From NCBI RefSeq assembly GCF_009914755.1, contig NC_060930.1: 64,000 nt of DNA; one strand, given 5' to 3'. The number at the start of each line of letters is the position of its first letter. Within the stretch, counting starts at the first letter, position 1. Shown piece after piece: positions 1 to 16,318 of the stretch. The position numbers and the translations under genes are program-made. The notes below the pieces were generated by a model, which was given only the letters and a program-made list of their open reading frames with translations, made no database searches and was not told the origin of the DNA. Source of the DNA: the human T2T-CHM13v2.0 reference genome, Homo sapiens.

Positions 1-560
1 TGTCCAGGGCACTACTAACCTGTTGAGTTAATTGGGAAATGAAGGATGGACCATTGTCATTCTGCAATGACCTGGGTTGGCTGAACTGAGGAATGAGTTC
101 CTTTAGGAGGAATTTAGCTACCTCCTGTGCCTTTTCAGTCCTTGTGAGGCAGGCTTCTACCCATCCTGTGAAGGTGTCTACACAGACCACGAGGTACTTA
201 AACCTGTGGTATGCAGGGAGCTGAGTGAAGTCCATCTGCCAGTCCTCCGCAGGGTATGTACCTCTCCTTTGGATTGGACTTACTGATGGAGAGGGCTTCC
301 CCGTCTGGGGATTATTTATAGTGCACAAAGTGCAGGCTTGACAAACCTGTTGAATAGTTTTATTTAGTCCCTCCCCCACTGAACACTGGTTTACAAATTT
401 GCCTTAGACTGTCTCTTCTAAAGTGGCGGGAGTCCTGTAAACTCTTGATGGTTTCCATTGGTAGGCTTTAGGTAGACGGAGAAGTTCTCCCAACCTATAT
501 CATCCATTGGTTTCTTTTCAATACCCATGTTGGGTGGCCCAATCTGTTTCTTCCTTAATG
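1..560 (-). pseudogene. pol integrase remnant
   Basis: Minus-strand translation gives CQACTINNP (HHCC zinc finger end) and QRRGTYPAEDWQMDFTQLP, typical of gammaretroviral integrase; frame is disrupted. Confidence 0.85.
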
Positions 561-599
561 TATTGGAGAGAGAGCAGTTCACTGGGGAGAGAGATGAGC

Positions 600-1190
600 A
601 AGGCCCCCATGAAGGTATCTTTTGAGATGCCTGTCTCTTTAGCTGTTTAGTTAGCTAACCTATTTCCCTATGCAGTTTCATTAGAGCCCCTTTGGTGTCC
701 TTTACTGTGCACTATTGTCACCTCCTGGGGCAAATGAACAGCTTCTAATAGCTCTAAGATTTGAGGCCCATATTTAATTTGAGTATCTGGAGCTGTTAGG
801 TACACCCTCTCCTTCCAGATAGCTGTGTGAGTGTGAAGAACCAGAAACGTGTATTTGGAATTTGTATATACTCCTTTTCTTTCCCCTAGTTTAGGGCTTT
901 TGTCAGCACAGTGAGTTTGGCTAATTGCACAGAGGTCCCCGGGGACAGAGCTTTAACCTCTGTAATTTGTTGAAGGGACATTGTACCATACTCTGCATAT
1001 CTAGCTCTATCCCTGACAAAGCTATTCCCACCTGAAAACCGTATGTCATGTGGATTATCTAGGAGCTGATCTTTTAAATCTTCCTGGCTGGCATAAATTT
1101 GGTTAAGTATCTCACAACACAAATGTGGTGTTATGGTCTCCTGGTAGTGGCAGTAAGGAAACTGAGTTAAGGGTGGAACACTGCTCAACT
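600..1190 (-). pseudogene. pol RNase H remnant
   Basis: ORF 886-1188 contains DLKDQLL...FSGGNSFV (decayed FTDGSSFV) and SVQLAKLTVLTKAL (decayed SAQLAELIALTRAL). Confidence 0.85.
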
Positions 1191-1195
1191 GTTAC

Positions 1196-1900
1196 CTATG
1201 GGTTTTCTAACAACAAGACTTGGTACTTTAGGAGTCTGTTTTCAGACACGTTGTATTCTCTGTCTGCAAGGAAGTTTGGTGTTTGGACTAGATGTTGGAT
1301 TCCCAGTTCTCTTGTTGGGGAGCAGATTAACAGGTCATCCATGTATTGTAGGAGACACTCTCTCCTCTCAAGACTTAGGTCCTGCAAATCTCTAGCCAGG
1401 GCTTGCCCAGACCAATGGGGACTGTCTCTGAAACCCTGTTGAAGCACTGTGCAGGTGAGTTGTTGACTCCTTCCTTTTCATTCTCCCACTCAAATGCAAA
1501 TAGAAATTGGGAGGATGGGTCGAGGGGGAGATACAAAAGAAAGAGTCTTTAAGGTCTAAGACTGGAAACCACTGAGCATCTGGAGGTTGGGGAAGAATTA
1601 CATATGAGTTGGGGATCATTGGGTGTATTGGGACTACTGCCTCATTTATGATTCTCAGGTCCTGGACTAGCCTGTATTTTTCATTGCTCTTTTTAACAGG
1701 TAAGATGGGGTGTTATAGGGTATTAATAATCCATGTTTTTGAAATTTTTCAGTCAGAAGCTGAAATCCCTCTTTGGCCTCCAGCTGAAGAGGAAACTGCC
1801 TTCTACAAGGATAGCTAGAAGGATTCTTGGGCTGAATTACTATAGGCATTGCCATTATGGCCTTTCCTGTTATTCCTGAGGCCCAGACCTCTGGATAAAT
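1196..1900 (-). pseudogene. pol reverse transcriptase remnant, frameshifted and internally deleted
   Basis: ORF fragments WFPVLDLKDSFF, QGFRDSPH and LLQYMDDLL lie in different frames. Confidence 0.92.
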
Positions 1901-1979
1901 GGGAAGGTCTGTGAACAGTTCATCCTTGTGTATGGTTTCCTTGAGGCATAAGATTGCATTTGAAAAAGGGGGTGTTGGC

Positions 1980-2260
1980 CCTGGAGGAAAGGTTAACTGA
2001 GCCCCTAGTCTGAGCAAAATATCTCTACCCAAAAGGTATGTAGGGTATTCTGGCATCACTAAAAATGAATGAGAAAAGACGGTTTTCCCCCAGAGACAGC
2101 ACAGAGGAGGAGTAAACCTCCAGGTTACGGGCACTTCATATCCTCCCAGGAGGATAATTGCCTGGGAAAAGAGGTAAGCATTGAGCAGGCAGCCCTCATG
2201 TCCAAAAGAAAACTTACAGTCCTACTGGGCACATCCAAGGCAGCCCTTGGCTCTGTCCCT
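1980..2260 (-). pseudogene. retroviral protease remnant
   Basis: SFLLDMRAACS (decayed DTGA active site) at about 2180-2217 and LLGRDIL motif in ORF 1667-2134. Confidence 0.85.
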
Positions 2261-2329
2261 TCAATAGTGTTATTTAATCCAGGAGCCAAGTGGAGCGTAG
2301 GGCCCCCTTCAGCTCAAGGAGCTGAAGGT

Positions 2330-3740
2330 CATCCAGTTGGGATGTCCTGAGGGCCTTTCAGCTTTCAGGGTAGTCCTGTTTCCCAGTGGCCAAGATTGTG
2401 GCAATTGGAGCATGGAGAGCTGGGGGTGGGTGTCCCCATCGGTTTGGGCACTGCCTTCTTGTGTGGCCTGGCTCCCCACAGAAGTAGCATTTGGGCAAAG
2501 GGATCTCCCTGGGGCCTGCCAGAGGTGGCTGGCAGGTTTGCAGGGCAGTCAGTAGTTGGAGCTGTTGCTTTTCCTTTTGCCTCTCCTTTTCTTGAGCCCT
2601 TTCCTACTCCTCCTGGTTTTGGTTGTAAAAGACCAAGGAACCTACTTTGCAGATGTCAGGCATAGGGGTACTGGGATCCAGTGCTAGTTTCTGGTGTTTC
2701 CTCCTAATATCTGGGGTTGTTTGAGTTAGGGAAATGATCCTTTATGAACAGTTGTCCTTCTAGTGGGTCTGGGTCTAGGTTAGTGTGTTTCACTAGGGCC
2801 TCTTCTAGCCTGTCTAAGAAAATGGTGAGGTTTTCATAAGGCCCTTGATCTGTCAAGCCCAATTTATTACAGTTCACAGGCTTTGCTCTGCTAGCTTTCA
2901 TTCCTTCTATCAGATAGAGGAACATGTGGGTCCTTGCTCATGTACTCCCCTGGATATTGTAATCCCAATTGGGGTTGACCTGGGGAACTATGGTGGCCCC
3001 CACAGGGTAGCCACCAGTGTCAGGCATGTGCATTGTGTTTGCAAATTGTTGGACCGCCACCATAATGGAGTCACATTCTCCCTTAGGCAGAGTTTGCCCT
3101 AGTATGACTGAGAGGTCCCTCCTGGTGAGTTCAGATGTTAAGCCCAGTTTATAAAACACTTTGATATATTTGTCAGGGTCCTCCATAAACTTCCCTAGTT
3201 CCATTTTAATTTGGCTCAGGTCTTGCACAGTGAATGGAGTCTGGACTCCAGTGGGTCCACTGGGACCACTAAACCTCCTGAATGGGGCATAACTTAAGGA
3301 GGTGGTGTCCAGAGGATGGCCCTGGGTAGGGAGGAGAAGGCTTCTGGGAGACTTCGATATAATTGGGTAGAAGGGGCAGTGGGGCTTGAGCTCTGGGTAA
3401 ACCTGATGAGGGGCCTTCTGAACCAATGGGAAGGGGCTGCATGACTATGGCCATGGATCTGTTTTACAAGCCCAACAAAGGTCAGGGTTGTTTCTTAGGG
3501 CCATGAAGGCCAGCACCTAGGGGATTTCTGTCCATTTTCCCTGGTGGTAGCAAAACAAATCTAGTTGATGGATCATATTTAAATTTGTGCTTCTATTTTC
3601 TGGCCAAGATTCCTGGTCCTAGAGCTTTTATTCAACCCAGGCTGTATTACAGAAAAATATTAGCCTTTTCCTTTTTAGGGTTTGGGAGTCAAACTTTTCC
3701 CAGTTCTTGAGGATGTATCCTAGTAGTGTGTCCTGTGGTA
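2330..3740 (-). pseudogene. gag remnant (MA, CA, NC)
   Basis: MA-like LGYILKNWEKFD...LIFFCNTAW; CA-like DLSQIKMELGKFMEDPDKYI and QGPYENLTIFLDRLEEAL; intact CCHC knuckle CYFCGEPGHTRRQC at 2448-2489; stops and frameshifts elsewhere. Confidence 0.9.
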
Positions 3741-5589
3741 CAGAGACTTGATTACCTGTCCACAGAGAGAACAGAGGAGAGAAGAGAAAAAGAAGGCAAC
3801 CCCTCCAATTTCCCTACTGTCTTTTTCCTGAACTTACAGCAGACCAGAGTGGGTAGGGCATTACCCCATTCATCCATTTTTCCTTTGCGTATGGCAGTGT
3901 CCCCCATTCATTCTAGGGGTTCCAGAATGAACCAGTGCTTACCAGGTACCCCTAACCTTGGTCCCATCTTGTTTTATTGAGGCACAATTACCCGTTTGTA
4001 AAGAAAGAACAGAGGCGAGAAGAGGGCATCTCCCCTTGTTCTCTTAATCCTGTGCCTATGGCAGACTACAGTGAACAGGGTGCCCTCCCACTCATCCAAG
4101 GGGTTCTGGAATGAACCCAGTGTTTACTGGGTACCCCTACCCTGATCCCATCCCATTTCTGGACCAGCCTTCATCTGTGTTGCAGTGGTAATCTGTTTTG
4201 TGTTTGTAGCCTGGAACTAGTCTTCATCTCTGTTCTATGGGTACTTTGGTCTCTTGCATCTGCCTCCTTGGGCTGTCCTATATCCTTGTCTCCATGACCT
4301 TATAGTGACCCTTGTTCAGAGCATTCTAGCAACAGAATGATGATCTCTTCTCAGATTCTCATTTCCCATGTTCTTTAAGAAGACGAGAAGCCTGTTTTTC
4401 TGCCAATTGCTGCAAGGGGGCTGGACTTCTCTCCCTTCAAATATAACTTTGAAGGTCCTGATACATATTGAGAAGGGCCTGGAGGTGATTAGAGGAATGG
4501 AGGAAAATTTGTATTTGGGATTCTTCATCCTCCCAGGGTAACATGCAGAACAAATGCTTAACGAGGTAGAACAATCCCTCTGCTACAGGAGAAAGCGGGA
4601 GGAAGCAAGAGGAATACTCATGGAAAGCCTTCATATGTTTGCAGAAACAGCAGCCCTTGGATTTGAGAGGGCAACGTTTATTTGCCCTCTTGATATAAAG
4701 GAGGAACCTCTGGAGGACTTGGTGTTTGGGATAAGACCCTGCAAACGGCAGAGAATTTTCCTTCCCCACAAAGGGGTGCTAACTCAGAAAAAAAGCGAGT
4801 GGGTGGGGTCCTTAAGGGCTACAGAGTGAGGTCCTATGCAAGCAAGCAAACCATTCAAAAGCCAGGGAGAAACATGGCCCTGGAGCATAACAGGGATGAA
4901 AAGCATATGGTAAGTCATAAGGAGCTGACAGAGCTAAGGTTCTGATTAGTGTCTATCCCGGCAGTGAGCCAACAGACAGGGAAAGGGTTGGAGGTCATCC
5001 GAGCTGGTAGGGTAACAAGTATAAATATCAAGGGACATCCGTAAGGGAGTCCATCTCTTGGTTGCCAGGCTAACACAGCAAGAGCTGCGGGTGCATGAAT
5101 AACAAATAGGGAATGTGTGTTTAAGGCAGAGAAGAAAGTTGCAGGGCATGCAAAGTAAGAACAGAGAAAAGACAGACTTACCCCCAAGGCAGTTGGTCCA
5201 ATGGGTGTGCGAGGTCATTTTGGAATACATACAGAGAAAGGAAAATAGGTGGTGGTGGGTTTTTGGGAAAGAGCTGATTTTAGTTGAAAAAGCAGAGGAA
5301 ACCCCAGATACTACATGGTTGTAGGTTTTAGCCCTACCGCTCTCATCAGCCTCCTGTCCGGGGGGGCCATTAGTGTCTCAGGTCTACTTAGTGCAGACTC
5401 CAAGGTCCTTCCCACCCCTGCAAGCCATCCTTCGGGGTGAGCAGAGAGAGCAGCCAGGGGGAGCAGAGCCACTGTGGTTGAGAGGAATTGTTCCAGGGGT
5501 AGGTTAGTAAGCAGGAGAGTGAAAGAGGAGAACGAAACCACGTACGAGGGTTGAACGCCTCCAGCCGAAGAAGGCAAGGCGTAGAGGTG

Positions 5590-5598
5590 TCTTACCAC
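5590..5598 (-). other. major splice donor of the provirus (GTG|GTAAGA), likely the end of non-coding exon 1 of the env mRNA
   Basis: Plus-strand tcttaccac at 5590-5598; near-consensus donor just downstream of the PBS. Confidence 0.7.
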
Positions 5599-5608
5599 TA
5601 GGGAAGGT

Positions 5609-5626
5609 ATCCGAGTCACTGCACCA
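5609..5626 (-). other. primer binding site, tRNA-His
   Basis: Plus strand ATCCGAGTCACTGCACCA versus tRNA-His 3' end ATCCGAGTCACGGCACCA (17/18), 2 nt from the LTR end. Confidence 0.9.
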
Positions 5627-5628
5627 TT

Positions 5629-6136
5629 TGAGAGATCCAAGTGCCCTGTTCAGCCCTTGACTTGGGGTTTTATACATCGGCATGGTTCCGGGGTTTCCAT
5701 TTCTCCTCCTTGGATTTTTTTCCTTGGGGTGGGCTGTCTGCTGTGCAGTGGCCTGTCAGCACTTGGGAGGAGCCACATGTGCATTTGTTTACTGAAGTTG
5801 TGCGCATGCTTTCTTGAGACATTTTTCCCTTATCAGTCAGGTGTTCCTAGAGGAAGGTCACATACTGGTTAAACTGTCATTTTGCTTCTTAGTGCGCATG
5901 CTTGAGCCCACTTGCCCAGCTTCGGAGATCTTATCAGGAAGTTGCTGATCACCAGCTTCCGGTGTTTCCTGTCTTTTGGGAGACTGTCTTTCCCTGGTAC
6001 TGGCTGCAACCCATTATTATTATTTTAGAGAAACAGTGTAACAACCGCCTGATCATCACCTGATGGTCGCCTGACATTCCTGAGCTGGGGGCCCTCTCCT
6101 GCCCTGCTCATGTCTGCCTGACTACCTACTCTAACA
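5629..6136 (-). promoter_or_regulatory. MER50-type 5' LTR, syncytin-2 promoter
   Basis: Minus strand begins TGTTAGAGTAGGTAG and ends CTCTCA; TATAAAA at 5674-5668; TGATAAG (GATA) motifs at 5829-5835 and 5930-5936. Confidence 0.85.
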
Positions 6137-6177
6137 GAACCAGCTTAACCTAATGGCCTCCTGATAGAACTGCTTGC

Positions 6178-6472
6178 TTTTTTTTTTTTGGAGACAGCCT
6201 CGCTCTGTCTCCCAGGCTGGAGTGCAGTGATGCAATCTTGGCTCACTGCAACCTCCACCTCCCGGGTTCAAGTGATTCTTGTGCCTCAGACTCCTGAATA
6301 GCTGGAATTAACAGGTGTGCACCACCATGCCCAGCTAATTTTTGTATTTTTAGTAGAGACAAGATTTCACCATGGTGGCCAGGCTGATCTTGAACTCCTG
6401 ACCTCAAGTGATCTGCTGTCCTTGGCCTCCCAAAGTGCTGGGATTACAGGCATGAACCACCACACCTGGCCC
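6178..6472 (-). mobile_element. Alu (S-type)
   Basis: Poly-T followed by the full reverse-complement Alu dimer. Confidence 0.95.
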
Positions 6473-6622
6473 AAACTGCTTTCCATAAACATAAATTTAC
6501 CTTTCTAATGTAAATCAAATCACACAACATGCTTTTTGTGTTTGACTTCTTTCTGCTAGCATAATGCTTTTGAAATCTATTTGTGTTGTGTATATCAGTA
6601 ATACATTCTTTTGTATTGCTGA

Positions 6623-7038
<416 letters not shown>

Positions 7039-7494
7039 TAGTAGTAGTATTAGTAGTTAGTAGTATTATTAACATTCAGTTGCAAATCTTGGTGTAGACA
7101 TATGTTTTCATTTCTCTTGAGTAACTTCATTTCTCTTGAGAAACTGCCAAACATTTGCATTGCCAGCAGTCATGAGTGAGAATTTGTTACTCCGCATCCA
7201 TCACCAACATTTGATGGTATTGTCTGTTTTTAATTTAGCCATTCTAGAGGATGGGTATTATGCTTTTGATTTTTGTTTCATTAATGACTAATTATTTTCA
7301 GCATCTTTTATGTGTTATTTGCCATTCTTTCTACCTTCTGTGTAAATCATCTTTACAAGTTTTTTCTACTCATTTAAAAAATTGTGTTACTTTTATCAAG
7401 TTGTAAACAATTCTTTATTCTGGATACAAGTTTTTTTTGTTTGTTTTTATCAGATATGTTTTGCAAGTATTTTCTTCTATTCTGTAGCTTGCCT

Positions 7495-7793
7495 TTTTAT
7501 TTTTATTTTTTTGAGATGGAGTCTTGCTTTGTTGCCCAGGCTGGAGTACAGTGGCACAATCTTGGCTCACTGCAGCCCCCGCCTCCTGGGTTCAAAAGGT
7601 TGCCCTGTTTCAGTCTCCCCAGTAGCTGGGAATTACAGGCATGTGCCACCATACCTAGCTAATTTTTGTATTTTTAGTAGAGGCAGGGTTTCACCATGTT
7701 GGCCAGGCTGGTTTCGAACTCCTGATCTCAGGTGGTCCACCCATCTCGGCCTCCCAAAGTGCTGGGATTACAGGCATGAGCCACCGCACCCGG
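7495..7793 (-). mobile_element. Alu (S-type)
   Basis: Alu dimer consensus. Confidence 0.95.
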
Positions 7794-7874
7794 CTGCCTT
7801 TTTATTTTTAAATGTCATTTGTTTTGTGTTGTTATTGTTTGATAAGTCCTTCTTATCAAGTTTTTAAGGTATGA

Positions 7875-8179
<305 letters not shown>

Positions 8180-8503
8180 GTTGAAGGTAGTTTTACCTTT
8201 TCTTCCCAATGTGTACATTTGTCTTTTAGCTTTTGCCTCATTGCACTGGCTAGGGCCTTATAATGTTGCAAGAAAGGAGTGAGAGCAGACCTTCCTCCCT
8301 GATCTTTTGGAGTGAAATATTTAGCCTTTTACCATTAAATAAATTATTAGCTGTGGGATTTTAATAGATATTCTTTATCAAGTTTAGGAAGAAAACTTCC
8401 CCTCTGTTTCTACTTTGTGGTGATTTTTCTTTTTTTTTTTAATCAGGAGTGGATATTGGATTTTTTTTTTTAATGATTTTTCTGTATTGAGATGGTCATG
8501 CAC

Positions 8504-8872
<369 letters not shown>

Positions 8873-9109
8873 TGAAAGTAACCCATTCCTCAGATAAACC
8901 TGTTTTGGTCATGACATGTTATCCATTTTCTATACTGTAGCAATTAATTTAGTAAACATTTAAGATTTTTCTCTTTATATTCATGAGAAATACTTGTGGT
9001 TTTCTTAAACACCCTTGTCTGGTTTTGTCATCGTGTTAATGCAGACCTTATTACATGAGTTGGGTACTGTTCCTGTCTCTTTGGATTTTTGGAAGCATTT
9101 ACATACAAT

Positions 9110-10356
<1,247 letters not shown>

Positions 10357-10870
10357 TTTGACATAATTTCTTTGTAAATGTTTGGTAGAATTCATCTGGG
10401 CTGGGACTTTTCTTTTTGGAAAGATTTTCAACTACAAATTCTGTTTCTTTATTAGATATTGGACTATTCCACTTACCTGTTTCTTCTTGAATGAGCTTTC
10501 AGAGTTTGTGTTTTTCAGGCACTGTGTCTGTTTACTCTGAATTGTATAATTTACAGGGATAAAGTTTATAATATTTCTTAATTAGCCTTTTAACACCTGT
10601 AGGATCTGATATTGATTATTTGTGTCCTTTCTTGTTTGTTTGTAATTGGCCTGACTAGAGGTTTATAAATTTTATTGATCTTTTCCAAGAACCACCTTTG
10701 GTTTAATTGATTGTTTTCTCCCTATTGCTTGTCCATATTCTGTTTCATTGGTTTATGCGTATATCTATATATCTTTCCTTCTGCTTATTTTGAGTTTAAT
10801 TTGTACTTCTTTTTCAAGTTTCTTATGGGGAAATCTTGGGTTATTGATTTTAGACTTTTCTTATTTTTAA

Positions 10871-11393
<523 letters not shown>

Positions 11394-11606
11394 GACGTTT
11401 AATAGTTGTTTGTAAGTATTGATTTTGACGTTTAAATTTTTATTCAATTCAAGATATTTTCTAATTTCACTTGTGATTTCTCCCTTGAACCATGGATTAT
11501 TTAGAAGTATGTTGTTAAATTTTGAATATTTGTTCTTTTCCAGATATTTCGTTATCAGTTTCTAATTTGACTTTTTTATGGTCACACAATGTATTTTGTA
11601 TGATAA

Positions 11607-12090
<484 letters not shown>

Positions 12091-12689
12091 GTATATGGTT
12101 TGCCTTTGTGAACGTCCCATATATAATCAAAAGGAATGTTTTTTTCTGCTATTGATTGAAATGTTCTGTACATCTCAGGTCAGTTTGGTTGAGGGTTGTT
12201 TGGTACTTTTGTGAAAGGGCACCAGCAGCTTTTGCTATACAGTAGCTACTATGTTATATAGTAGGACTCTTCAGAGCAGACATTGAGCTCTGTAATGAAT
12301 CAATTGGTCAAATTAATTAAATCTTGATAGTTTTGGGAGTGGGGTTGGGACAGGGAGAATAATAGTTGATTTGTTTTGAGTATCTACTTTGTGCCAGGTG
12401 CTACTTTAAGGCATAGTGAACACACTGGAAAACTGATTAAACCATACGTTTCGTTTCCTTAAGAAACTTGTTTCTCATAGGGAAGGTGGTCAGTACTATG
12501 CAGGATGAAAGTGAGCATGAGGTGCTAAAGCAATTACCCAAAATAGGTCATATTGAGGTAATAGTATTGTAGAACGATCTAAAAGTTATATATTAATAAT
12601 ACTTAAAATTCTTAGTTACAGTGGTAGTAGTCTCATATCTGTATTCTTTGCCTTAGAGGGGAGGAGGTTGGAGCCTATGAGATGGTAAC

Positions 12690-12880
12690 AGAGCTAATAT
12701 TTGATGAGTACTTATTATGTTTTAGGCATTCACTTTAGCTTGTTACATGTATTAACTTTTAATTACCACATACCCTTTGAGAATGGGTACTGTTATTCAC
12801 ATTTTATAGAACAGGAAACTGAAGCACATAGAGGTTAACTTGCCGAAGTCGGAAATAAGTTACTGAGTTAGGATTCATGG
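12690..12880 (+). mobile_element. MIR fragment
   Basis: MIR core attttatagaacaggaaactgaagcacatagaggttaa. Confidence 0.65.
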
Positions 12881-13290
12881 AAGAACATTGCAGTCTAACA
12901 TGCCTCTGAGATATAAGAAATTATGGGGACAATCCAGTTGATAGATACAAGGATGTGATCTAGGATAGAGAATGACACTAGGAGTGTAGAGAAGGAAACA
13001 GATGTGAGAGGGTTTATTAAAATAGAATCTATAGCACTGGGATAAGATAAAGTGGGAACAAAATGCTGAAGAAGAACTCTTTTCTGCCATAGAGATGGGG
13101 AGAGAATGTAGTTCTCCCAAAGAGCTGTTGGATGGAGACAGACAGCAGACACATGCGCGTGCACTCTCTCCTCTCTCTCTTTCTCTCTCTCACTCACTCA
13201 CTGTTTTTGAGATGTCTTCAAACTAGCCAGGTAGAAATTCCCTCTTGAGGTTCAGGAAAGGTGGAAAGTATGGATGAAAATTTGGTCCTC

Positions 13291-13602
<312 letters not shown>

Positions 13603-14160
13603 CTATAATAACGATGATATTTGGATCCATGGCAGTGTTGTGATCACCAGAAGAAGAAGAAGAGAACAGAAAGAGGAGAGAAGAGATTTTAAAAGGTAAC
13701 TTGAAATGTCTTATGATTATTGGATAGAAAAGCTTTGGATTTGGAGGTACTATGATTCAAATTTGTATTGATTTGATAGTGGTAACTCCAGGGGCTTAAT
13801 AACTTCTAGCATTGCCTAGTGTGTCATTGAGAAAGGGGTGTGTACAATAGAGGGAGAATTTTAAGAATTAGAAGAGCTTGGCTTACTTGGTTTAGTCTAC
13901 ATTTAGGATTTGGACATACTGTCTCATAGATGAGCCTTTGCTGCCTTCAGAATAAAATGGAAATAAGGTAATAAGATTGAAAATGGAAAAGAGCTTTTTA
14001 TAAATGTGAAATTGGTAGTGAGCCAGTCAACTAGCTACTTAGATACTATCATGAAGGTGAGATTATATAACTCCACTGGAATGATTCCACAATTTACAAA
14101 GATCAGAATTTGTAGTTATACTGCACCTGGGCTTTTGGACTGAAAATACCTTGGGTAGTG

Positions 14161-14535
14161 TGTCTTAATCGGTTTGGGCTGCTGTAACAGAAATACCATA
14201 GACCAGGTGGCTTATAAACAACGGAAGTTTATTTCTCATGGTTCTAGAGGGCTGGGAAATCCAAGATCAAGGTACTGGCAGATTTAATGTCTGGTGAGGG
14301 CCTGCTTCCTGGTTCATAGATGTCTGTCTTCTCACTGTGTCCAAACATGGCAGAAGGGGAAGGAGTGAGGGAGCTCTCTGGGGTGTTATTTTAATAAATG
14401 CATTAATCCCATTCATGAGGACTCCACCCTATGACCTAATCACCTCCCAGAGGCTCCACCTGCAAATACTGTCACATTGGGGATTAAATTTCAATATATG
14501 AATTTTGGGAGCACACAAACATTCAGACTACAGCA
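14161..14535 (-). mobile_element. MaLR solo LTR (MLT1A/MST-like)
   Basis: tgtcttaatcggtttgggctgctgtaacag...aaacattcagactacagca. Confidence 0.8.
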
Positions 14536-16318
14536 AGTAGCAAAATCGTATTCTCATTCTCTAGATAGTGCTTTGTGTTTCAGTCATACTGTCACCATGA
14601 AAATCTGAGAAATTTGATACGCTGTTAAGATTCATTGCTCTGTCTTATGTAGCTGGCTGTCTTCCAATGTCATGAGTCACTGTGTGCCTTTATTTTCTTA
14701 TTTAGAAAATGGGAATAATGATTGCTGGTCTCATTCAGATGGGTCGTGTAAAAGCACAGTGATTGAATGTAAAAGCACTGTGTGAACTGATAACTGTGTA
14801 ATTGAAGGTGAAATTACACTTCTCCCCTGGGTTTGTGGTGTGTTGATAGTGATGGTTCATCACTCAAGTTCATCTATCACAACCCTTCTGCTGCCAGCAT
14901 GTTTATCTTACATAGAAAACAATTTACAGTGTGTTTCATGAAATTCATCATTTGAACAAATGCTTAGTTATTGGCACACAGAAGTGAGTGCTCTTTTGCC
15001 TATCTCAGAATACACACCCTCTATTGCTGATTAGTTATTCTGGCATACAATGCGATACTGAAGCAAGACATAAACTTCCTTTTAAGCTGAAAAACTGCAA
15101 AACCCATCTTAACAATCAGTATATTGTGGACTGTACTTTGCCCCTCACCTCTCCTTTCTTCTTTCACTCTCTACTGTTTCTGTCTTACTAAATCCCAGGA
15201 CATGGTTCCAGACCCATGCCCATAGAATAAGAGTTAAGAAGTTTCTGATATGTGCACTTTGGGTCTGGGAATTGTATAAGCTATACTTCTGTTAGAAGTC
15301 CGCTGTAGGCATGCAGGGTGCAATGGGTAAGTCTTTTTCAGAAGAAGGCTGCCTGGGTTTTAGTGGTTTTACTTCCTTCATTCCCCTGTCCCCCAAAATA
15401 CATATGCTCACCTGGGAGAAGTTAGTCATTAGGGCCCAGAGTCCGGATTAGGTTGGTCTATATTTATGGTTATACAGGTGCCTCTCCCCCTCCCAACACA
15501 CACACCTGCATACACACCCCTCTGCTGTTATTTGGTGCTCTCTTACCAATATCATGTAAAGGGTGATGCTTTATTTTCTATTACATAACTTTGCACTTGT
15601 CTTCTCTTCCACTCATTGTATAAAAGAGAACGAGTTCTGAATGCATAAGTGCTGTATTAAACATTCTATTAACCAGACATAATACAATTCTACTTGGAGC
15701 AAGATACAATCATTCTTTATGTCCACTTCTGACTATCCATTATGTTGGTCATCATATCCATGGTCCTCCTGCAGCATTGCTCCACTCATCAGCAATGTCT
15801 GGCCAGTTTCTTTGTTGCTCCCCTTACATACATACCTACACCGTCTCACTAGTAAATACTGATTTTTGCATTAAGCTGCCTTTTCTCAAGTGGAGTCTTC
15901 TCAGGTTCTGTGGTCAACTGTTGTTCTGTCTATCCCCCATGGGCACCCCACTGCTAATCTTTTTCTTCTTTTCCTTGGCCAGTCTCCACAATTCATTGGC
16001 AGCAGCACTCATGCTTCTTTTTCACTGCTTTTTGTCTTTTCCAAGGCTGCATGTCCATCGCAATCATTCTAGGGAGCTTAAAAAAAATGAATAAGCACAA
16101 TCCCTGGAGATTGATTTTGGGATATCTGGGATGAGCTCTTGGCAATCTGTGTTTTCTAAAAACTCCTCAGCAGATTTTGAAGTTCGAATGATCCCTCTTA
16201 TGAAGGGTGCAGTGTGATAATCACATACCTTTAACTAGAATCGTTCCACTGGATAATAATTCTGAACTTGCCTTACTTTTACAGGTGTTCCTTTCCCTAA
16301 AAGGGAAAATATGAATCC

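Larger units (their letters stand above)
1..6136 (-). mobile_element. ERVFRD-1: HERV-FRD (ERVFRD-1 / syncytin-2 locus) provirus, 5' portion: LTR, PBS, leader, defective gag-pro-pol; env lies beyond the left edge
   Basis: Ordered minus-strand gag, protease, RT (QGFRDSPH, YMDD), RNase H and integrase remnants; MER50-like LTR; tRNA-His PBS; lies antisense in the SMIM13 intron, which matches my recollection of this locus. Confidence 0.9.

Noticed and set aside
886-3454. gag and pol ORF pieces as functional proteins
   Set aside because: Multiple stops and frameshifts, decayed protease and RNase H active sites, and a large RT deletion
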